A DNA stretch of 64,000 nt from assembly GCF_009914755.1 (NCBI RefSeq), contig NC_060927.1; one strand, given 5' to 3'. Under the pieces are notes generated by a model, which was given only the letters and a program-made list of their open reading frames with translations, searched no databases and was not told the DNA's origin. How positions within the stretch are numbered: position 1 is the stretch's first letter; every line of letters begins with the position of its first letter. This DNA is from the human T2T-CHM13v2.0 reference genome, Homo sapiens. The translations under genes and the position numbers were made by a program. Positions 54,708 to 64,000 of the stretch are shown in pieces.

Positions 54708-55566
54708 GGAAAAATGGTAATAGATGAAATCAGAGGGGCAATGGTTGATGGCAGGGGGTGGATGGAGGAGTACAAGTAGGAACCTTGTCAATCACTGTGA
54801 TAACTTTGGCTTTAGTTAGAAGAAGGTAGGAAGCCACTGTGGGGATAATGAGAGAAGTGACATAGATTCAACAAGTCTTAACAGGATCACTCCGGCTGCT
54901 GCCATGCAAAAAAGTTCCAATAGCATTTAATCCTTACATTGATACTTTGTTGGCTTAAGAGCATGCCAAATTTAGATTAGAAATGAAAATGAGAAGAACC
55001 TGATATACAGATCTTCAGAAAATATTTAATAATTAAATGAATATTCCTCTACCTAACCATCCTGTTTTGAACCAAAATTAAATTTATCCCATAAATATTT
55101 ATCAACCATCTAATATACACAAGATTCTGACTCTAAGAATTGAAGGGATCACACCCTACCTAATGTGGTATTGACTGACAACCCCTTTTTTTTAAGATTT
55201 ATGTCATCTCTTTGTGTAAACAATAATTGAAGAATCTCAACTTAGTGGGAGAAAGACGTGCTACCATTATATTCTTTGCCATTACTTTTCCAGCCACCCT
55301 ATGTTGAATCCCTTTCTGGCTCTTTAATAATATCTTGGGCAGAACGTATAACTATGTAGTCACTTTCCATAATTGTAAATCTCTCCATTTTAAAATTCTA
55401 GTCTTGGTTCTTTTAAAATTTTATATCCTATCAAGCACAGACTTGAGATGCAACTTTTATTACTTAGAGCTCTCTACAAGTGTTCCCCCATAGTGAGGCT
55501 AAGCTATGCTAGCGTTAAAGGCAGAGTGGTCTTAGGTATCAGGTTGCCTGTCAACAGGTGACAGGT

Positions 55567-55873
55567 GGCCAGGTGTGGTGGCACATGCCTGTAATTCCAG
55601 CACTTTGGGAGGCTGAGGTAGATTGCTTGAGCTCAGGAGTTTGAGATCAGCCTGAGCAACATGGTGAAACGTTGTCTCTACAAAAAATGCAAAAATTAGC
55701 TGGGCGTGGTGGCCCGCACCTGTAGTCCCAGCTGTTCAGGAGGCTGAGGTGAGAAGATCACTTGAGTCCTGGAGCTCAAGGCTGCAGTGAGTCAAGGTTG
55801 TACCACTGCACTATAGCTTGGATGACAGAGTGAGACCCTGTCTCAAAAACAAAAACACAAAATGAAACACACA

Positions 55874-55908
<35 letters not shown>
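55567..55908 (+). mobile_element. Alu (AluJ-like) whose tail has become a (CA)n microsatellite
   Basis: TSD AACAGGTGACAGGT at 55553-55566 and 55909-55922 brackets both Alu and CA tract. Confidence 0.96.
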
Positions 55909-55913
<5 letters not shown>

Positions 55914-57725
55914 GTGACAGGTAAGTGTCCCTGGTCTAGCTCCAGTTCCATCTGCTGGGAGCCTCTGCAAATACGGTAGTCTGCACTGGTGAATTAACAG
56001 ACATGTTTTTTCCAGGAAGGTAGTAAAGTCTCGCCCCCGTTTGTTTCTGAGGATCCATTTACAAAAGGACAGCCATGTCTCCCTTTTAGGTCTGCCGGTG
56101 TTCCATGACCCAATCCCCTCTCTGGAGAGGCCAGCACCTCAGTTGGCCCAGCATCTACCTGAGCAACCTAGTGGTGCCTGCCTCCTACTCGGACATTCAT
56201 GGTCATTTACAGGAACCGGGGGACCTGCTGAGGTTGGTGCTTCTGGGCTTCTTCAAAGGGCTACCGAAAAGGTGAAATAGTGTAGAAAAGTTGTTCTCAT
56301 CTTTTTTCCCAGGAACACTACTCCTCTTCAGTGACTTCTTGCTCTGCTACTACAGGCCTCTCCAACAAGCCTCCCCTGCCCCACCCTACATTCAAGAATG
56401 CAAAGATGAGAAGCAAGCACTCTTGTGTGCTCATGTACAATTCCAAACTCCACAGAGCACATGGGAAGCTCTCCAAAAGCAATTGTACCTCCCTGCACTC
56501 CCAGATCATGACAGTGCCTGTGTCAGCCTGCAGGTCCTACAGCTTCGTAGCATCAAGCCAAAGAACAAGATGCCAGTGTCATTTTGTGGAAAGCATCCCC
56601 CAAGAGATGTGACTTTTGAGGCAGTGGGAGTAATTATTCCAGAAGAGGGAAGAAGAAAGCATCCCTACACTCCTCATTTCAACTGTCGATCTTTGTCCTC
56701 ACGTATCCTCTCCCTTTGCGGTTTGGGGGCGTGGAGGTATGTTTCAGTGAGGTAGGAATGGTTCTGCTGCTGCCTCTCAGTAATGTGGATGTGGGGAGCA
56801 TCTGTCCCCACATGTCAGCATTCCTGCTTAGGCCTTAGCTGTTTATTCCGCGGAAATATGAAAAGTTTCACTCAACATCTGCTGCACTCCTGAACTTCAG
56901 TTACATTACTGCAGATATGACTCCCTGAGAGATGGCTTCTAGAGTCATTTGGTCCCTAAACAGAATAGAAAATACTAACTGGTATTCTAGGCCTCTGCAT
57001 GTGAAACACTCTAGATTTTCATGTAATTCCTGTTGATTTATTTTTATCTTGACACATCTTATTTAACAACTATTAAAGCAATCATCTTTGGTGAATGGAA
57101 GGGTATCATGGCTAACTTTTAAAGTATTAGCACGTAAATCTCTTGAACTGAAAATTAATCTTAAAGATAAAAAGAAGTTCTTGATAACTTCAGGCATTTC
57201 AAAACCTATCAGAAAGGAGAAAAATTGGAGAGCCAGATGAATTTAGCTCCTCCTGGACCCATTTTATCTCAGAGCAAATTATGCGGCTAACCAAGCTAAA
57301 CTGCCTGGCCCCATATAGATGGCAGTGGAGAGTAAGGCTTAAACCTTCTAGACTTTCAGAAGTCACTAAGGTTGGTCTTATTCTTAAATGATAATGAAGC
57401 TTACAATAAAATAATAAAGCCACTAACAGCAAAATGCCCATAAAAATATAAATGGCAGAGTAAAGATTTAGGAAAATACAACACTAGAAAGTGGGGCTAA
57501 TGGGAAAGGTTTAAACTCTAGGGAGAAGAACTTCTCAGGACACCCACCCCACCGTACATAGAAGTTTGCAGCATATGTGAAATGTAACTGGAGAAGGTGA
57601 AATGAACAATGGAATGAGAATCAAAAGTCCTGGGTAAAGCCCAGACTCCCATGAACTAGAGCCACCATTGGTCTGTGCCTCAGCTTTTCCATTCAAACCA
57701 CTCATAGGCCAATGAGGATAGAACA

Positions 57726-58010
57726 ATTTTTGTTTCAGAAAGGTTCTTGCTCTGCAGCCCAGGCTAGAGTGCAGAGGTGCAATCACAGCTTACTATAACC
57801 TTGAACTCCTGGGCTAAAGCAATCCTCCTACCTCAGCCTCCCTAGTAGTTAGGACTACAGATGCATGCCATCACACCTAGCCAATAAACTTTTCTTGTAG
57901 AAAAGGGTCTAGCTATGCTGCCTAGGCTGGTCTGAAACTCCTGGTCTCAAGTGATCCCCCTGCTTCAGCCTCCCAAAACTCTGGGATTACAGGTGTGCAC
58001 CACTGTGCCT
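57726..58010 (-). mobile_element. Alu (AluJo-like)
   Basis: Diverged dimer with J-type features (GAACTCCTGGGCTAAAGCAATCCTCC). Confidence 0.92.
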
Positions 58011-58157
58011 GTGTGAAACAAAATATTGACTCCAATAATGTATTGTTAGTCATAAAATATAATTTTAATTATTTAAAATTATCTTAATGTAAGATATTAG
58101 TTATATGTATATAAATATACTCTCCACTGCCACAGTTACCCCAAACACATATACAAA

Positions 58158-58205
58158 AGGAAAAGAAAGGAAGGAAGGAAAAAAGGAAGGAAGGAAGGAA
58201 GGAAA
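58158..58205. repeat. (GGAA)n purine tract
   Basis: GGAAGGAAGGAAAAAAGGAAGGAAGGAAGGAAGGAA. Confidence 0.9.
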
Positions 58206-61009
58206 TTGCCTCAGTATCCCCCATGCTACAAGTAAGCTTTCCCTTAAACCACTATTAGGAGGCTAAGTTCAGTGTGAGGAAGATGACCATTTGATACGAA
58301 GAAAGAGTTCTGTTGGTCTTAATTAATCAGCTAACCTACAACTATGCTTGACTTAATTGGTCTTGAAGAACAAAGAACATGCTTGGTCTTAGGAATATAA
58401 AGGAGCTTCTTCCATCTGTTTTTCTCCCTCTAAAATCTCCCTCTAAAATCTACTGAGACCATGTGCATTGGCATGTCTATTCCTGTTATTACAATATTGA
58501 AATACACAAGTATTACTTATTACCCTTGCGTGCTGCTCACCACCTCTTTTCTTCCTCCCCTGGGACTCTCCAGACCTCCCCACAATGCACAAATTAATAG
58601 GCTGATGTCTGGCACAGTAGAGAGCTTTCAGGAACCACCTTTGACATTGGTCAGTACCACCTGTCATACTAATTGTTACACATAAACATAACTCCACTGC
58701 CTAAGACATATCCACCCATATCCTGACCCCCAAATGCAGGCAGATATAAGCTAAACCAAGGCTCCTGAAATATATTTAAAGCCTGTAGTAGAAATCTCAC
58801 AAAGATAGTTTAGATTGCAAACTACTTCAGATATCTGGTATTGTAGAGGTTTTTAAGGATAAGTCCAATGTAGGATTTGTGCCCAGAAGCTATTTGCAAA
58901 TTTATGGTTATTTTTTCAGTTAATTAGTTTGAGAAAGGAAATGGCAGCTAAGTAAATAAATTAGATCATTAATTTGCAATAAATATAAATTAATTATGCT
59001 AATTCTAAGAGTTGAACACATATACGTATTTTGTATATATAATAAAAATAAGGAACATACATAAGACTATTAGGAGAGGAAAGCTACCTTGACTGTTGTA
59101 AAAAAATCCACGTATATGTACTCAGTAGATTTTAACAGTTTTGATATGTGCATGAAATATAAAAGAATAAGTAACTACCTACTGATGTTCAAACAAACCT
59201 ATTTTCATTCCAAATGGAAATTAGAATATATTCTGCATTATTTGAGTTAATTACATGACACTTCTTATAAATAATGATGTATTATTATTCCATTCATTAC
59301 TTCTAATTATATTCCTTAGCAAGTGCGATGCCTGCAACACCATGACCAGTCTTTTCCTGTTCCTTAAAATCTGATGACTTGCATGGAAAGCAGGTCAAAA
59401 ATATGCCCAGAATATAACGAACAGAGTTCAGTGATTGTTAACCATGACAGTTTAAAACTACTTGAAAAAGTTACTGTGGAAATAAATAGAAATGGTGAAC
59501 AGCTTTCCAAATTACAGGATACCCATGATAGCAACATAAGAAATATTTGAAGTGTTGTCTAGATACATATAATTATCATTCTACCATTCACTAGAATTGG
59601 AGAAAGAACACCCCTAATATCCCTCTCCCCCAGCATACATACACATTAACAGAATTACATTCTGTGTAGATCCGCAGATCGTAAAGATACACATTTCTGG
59701 TTGCAAAAGTGACTCTACAGCCTTTATGCAATTCTGAGAAATGTACCTGCTAAAAGTCCTAATCAAAATGACAGTTGAATTTTTCTCCTGTAATGCATAA
59801 TCAGGTCAGGCCAGCCCACCCCATCCCATGCACAGCACGGTCTGGGGCTAGAAGGTAAAACATAGTATGGAAGACAGGTCAAGATCAAGGAAAGACAGTT
59901 AAAACTATCATTAAGCAACAGGGACCTAGTAACCCACAAGGCTACTTTGTACATACATATCCTCACCAGAGAGCAGGCAGCAAGGAGCCAGAAGAGTCAA
60001 GGAAGAGAAGGCAGATAGCAGGAAGTAGTCTAGATGAGGTCTAGAGACCAACATGTACATGCCTCAGGAACAGTGTTTCGTGGGTATGTCACCTTCATTT
60101 TGAAGGGGCCAGGGCAAAGTGCACAAAGTCCACACATTTTTCTCCATCCAATTTCAAACCTTCCTTGCACACATACAAAGTACCTACTTAATTCCTTCAG
60201 CATCAGCTTCCAACAATCCATTGTTCTGTCTATGATAAAAAATAAAGATGTCAGTCTCGGCTCCAGAAACAAAAAATAAACTTGGGAGAGGAAGAGACTA
60301 GCAAGGAGGGCTTCCCCTTCCCCTCTAGTGCCCATCACAGTTACTGCCTTCTGACCCCACGTGCAGCCTGAGTCCTCAACCTTGGCAGCTCACTACCAAC
60401 TGATCAGCTGGTATGTGAGATAAAATGAATTTGTTTTCTGCATTGTAATTCTTTAGATGGCAAGTCAAGATGGATGATGGTCACAGCAAGTTTGTCTTAC
60501 AATGGGAGTTGGCAGGATTCTCTGTGGTGGATTTTAGACACTGAAAAAAGATGTTGGTCAACTTTGAATGATGACAGCATCCAATAACTTCCTTTGTTCC
60601 CATTGTCCAGTGCTATCAGAAGCTGCTTGTAGCTGGTGGCCATGTACTCTAATAACCCAAGGGTAGGTGCACATTCATATGGAAACCTTTCCCACAGAAG
60701 TAGGAAAAAGAAAGGTCCAACTTAACAGTCACTGCTAAATGCATGTCTTTGAACACAATAATCTGCCAAATGAAGTCAAGAAAGAAATGTGACCACAAGA
60801 AAACCAACTTGCCCCACTACAATGGACAGCAATATTGTCTTTGAACATTTCTCCTCCAAAAGCTCTTAAGCTGGCTAATATACAACAAGCATGCACAGAG
60901 CAAAGACAAGACATGTGCTTAGGGAAATTTTAAGAGCAAAAACCTATCTTTAGCTATAAAGATATTAAAATAGTGCTTGTGCTCATTTTACTTGTACAGG
61001 AAGGTTTGA

Positions 61010-61320
<311 letters not shown>

Positions 61321-62335
61321 GAAAAGAAACTCTTTAGAGAAATGAAAGATCACTAATAACTGCAGTTTCCTGAACAATTAAAGGAATTCACAAGATTACA
61401 ACCTACTGAGGAAATGACAAATATTTCTGATTTTTATGGAAGGACTAAAAGGGCGCTTTTATGTATAGCATCTATTCTGTAAGAATCACTGTTAAGTAAT
61501 GAAGCTATTTTTATTATTTTTCCACTTATTTCAGGAACACTCAACATGGTAACGGTCTGAAAACGGGGGAAACTTAACATTGCTCTTTGGAAAGTTAATA
61601 TTCCGTATTAAAAGATATTTGTCAGAGTTTTCTTTTTTACCTTTTGAATTTGGATCTTGGAGCACTGTTTGCATGGTAGCCAACTTTTTATTTCTAATGT
61701 GTCAGCAGAAATGTTCTTAAAGTTACCTAGTCTAATTCTCTCACAAATATACTTTGTAAGGCTGTCCCTACATGCATCATCCTAATGTTGTATGGCCCTG
61801 GTAACATTCTGCGTGAGATGGTCTTGATTGGAAAAATCTGCTCTTTTTAATAACTGATTCAATAAACTGTTGACGTATGATTTGTAGAATACAGTATGAT
61901 CAGTGAGCAAGGTTTCTGTCATTACACACCCTATTCAATTCATCCACAAATGTTGCTGTGTCTCCCTCATGTTGCAGCTCCTTATGCCATTCAGAATAGC
62001 AATGCAGAGATCAATACACTCTCTGCTGAAGACGACAGAACAAATGAATAATTTTATTTACAATGAAAGCCCCAGTCTTCAAATGGATACCACTAATGTT
62101 TAAATTCATTTTCATGCTCAACTCAAGAAGAGAGATAGACACAGCACAAAGCAAAGGGAGTGGGGGTAAGGAGAAGTATTAGCCATAATGGTTCAAATTT
62201 ATTTAAGCCATGAACAATAGCTGGGCTGCACTGAGACACAGGAATAAAATGTTTGCTGCAGAATTCTGAATGTGTACTCTTCAAAATGATTCTGTCACCA
62301 AGAAACTCTGAAAAGCATTTTCCAGTAACAAGAAA

Positions 62336-62552
62336 TTAATGGATTAAAGACATTCTGACATATTCTTCTAAGCGTTGCACCACAGAAGCCAAAGCCTGTT
62401 CAATAGGCTTTAAACAGTGTTGGCAAGGAACAGAAGCGTTTGCTTCAGGTGGGAACAAGGAGGGACTGAAGTGGCTGTTTTGAGAATGAAGCAAACGATC
62501 CTGCTTCAAAAGCGTATCTTTGGCCTCTGATTTGACAGTTCTTTTTCTTTCT
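62336..62552 (-). other. Candidate exon (possibly terminal) with an open frame to a TAA at 62336; gene not recognised
   Basis: Minus strand GCTCACTGACTTTTTCATAGCTTTCAG/AGAAAG branch-point, pyrimidine tract and AG; 71 open codons; AATAAA on minus at 62203 and 62058. Confidence 0.35.
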
Positions 62553-63379
62553 CTGAAAGCTATGAAAAAGTCAGTGAGCAAAGTCATAAGAAATAAGTGT
62601 TGGTGAGGGGCAGCAAAATGTTATAAGAGAGACAAGTTCAAAGATGACATTTACAAGCCTCTCATGAATGGCACACTCCCCAAAGGGCACCTGAATGCCA
62701 TTTTTAAGAAGAAGTCATCAAACATACAAAATAAAATGTTCCATTTTACATAAAGATGCCAATATACTGCCCTTAAAACACAGATTGGTCCATTCACAAA
62801 TTAACATGTAAAGAAATGGCAAAGAACCTTCTCCCATCTGCCATCAATTCATTCACTGCTTTTAGATTTAACTCCCTACACTCACACGCTTGTAAACAGA
62901 ATTGTAATGGACAAAGGATGAAGGGGAAGCTGGGAAAACCTAGCTTGGACATGATACTGAAACATCTGGAAAAAAGTGGCGACAAGACTTGGCCTTGGGG
63001 ATGGGAAACGGGAAAAGGTGGGATTTCGGCACATCCTGTCTCTCTATTCTGTTAACTGGAACAATGCATATACTCCTGATGTTTCCAGCTTCACTTTAGA
63101 TTCAGTGAACACAGTACATTTGGATGCTAAGAAAAAAGAGATGTGCAAGAGCAGGTCTCGTCCATAGGAAGCAAAGACTCAGTGCAGACAGAAATAGGGA
63201 TGCACGTACTTTGGATATGAGGCAGACTGGGCTATGTGTTTGGTCTTGGTACCTGGAACAGAGTATGAGCTCAGTAATAAAGTACTGAATGAATCAACAT
63301 GAGAATAAGGAAGTGAGTGTCACAAACAGAGGACAGAGTTTTGTTTTGTTTTCTTCCCTAGGAGCAGGGGACAGTTATC

Positions 63380-63745
63380 AAAGCACTTCAGATGAAATGA
63401 AAAGCATGGGGAGGAATCTCCAGTTGAGGTGAGGGGCAGGAGAAAGTATAGTAAAGGGATAGTACAACACATATTCAGGGAACAGCCGGAAAGAAGGGAG
63501 ACTGAGCCAGTACAATGAAGGTCCTTAAAAACTATTCTAAGGAATTTGGACTTTATCCTCAAAAAACAGACATTCCTTATTGGTTGATTAACAAGGGAAG
63601 AGAAGAATGATATGGTCAGGGCTGTGGTTCAGATAAAGTTATAGGCTACATTGGAAAAGCCCAGAGGCAGGGAGACAGCATAAATCTAGATGAACCACAC
63701 CTAAGGGCTAGACTAGGGCAGGCAGGAGAGAACACTGGAGGAAGA
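63380..63745 (-). mobile_element. L2 remnant
   Basis: TAAGGAATTTGGACTTTATCCT...ATGATATGGTCAG...AGAGGCAGGGAGAC. Confidence 0.55.
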
Positions 63746-63888
63746 TAAAAGCCCACTCCAGACATCTCACCATTTATTTATGAAATGTTAGTGGACAGAG
63801 CTATCCACATCTTCCATTCTCAAGTCTCAGGACAAAAGACTAGAGCTTTCTGCAAGCAAAGGAGTACCTTATTAAGATGCGTCTCCCA

Positions 63889-64000
63889 GGCCGGGCGCGG
63901 TGGCTCACGCCTGTAATCCCAGCACTTTGGGAGGCCGAGGCGGGTGGATCATGAGGTCAGGAGATCGAGACCATCCTGGCTAACAAGGTGAAACCCCGTC
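63889..64000 (+). mobile_element. AluYb8-type element, cut by window edge
   Basis: GGCGGGTGGATCATGAGG and GGCTAACAAGGTG carry the Yb-lineage diagnostic substitutions; no other divergence seen; TT/AAGA endonuclease-like site about 15 nt upstream. Confidence 0.93.

Larger units (their letters stand above)
53830..54900 (-). mobile_element. L2 with nested MLT1 LTR and (CA)n
   Basis: ATTCATTTAACAAATATTTACTGAACACCT...CCCTGCCCTCA; resumes to AGGATCACTCCGGCTGCT. Confidence 0.7.

Overview
Human genomic DNA (the window ends in an AluYb8-type element), AT-rich, intronic or intergenic in character, and heavily populated by interspersed repeats: about 14 Alus, L1 fragments of several ages including a 4.7-kb decayed L1PA, MIR/L2, MaLR and ERV1 LTRs, and Tigger/Charlie/MADE1 DNA transposons. 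I recognise no protein-coding exon with confidence; nearly all listed ORFs are repeat-derived or chance. Canonical splice signals on the minus strand (donor 44761, exon 39843-39670, donor 30922, exon 17465-17109, acceptor about 62553) suggest one or more spliced minus-strand transcripts that I cannot name. The most unusual signal is two long-range inverted duplications in sequence I cannot assign to a repeat family: 31593-31803 with 33105-33297 (outer 71 aligned nt 68/71 identical) and a much more diverged pair, 17135-17431 with 19643-19922, whose left arm coincides with a candidate non-coding exon. Both could form kb-scale non-Alu pre-mRNA duplexes. Repeat subfamily calls come from recalled consensus sequences and boundaries of old repeats are approximate.
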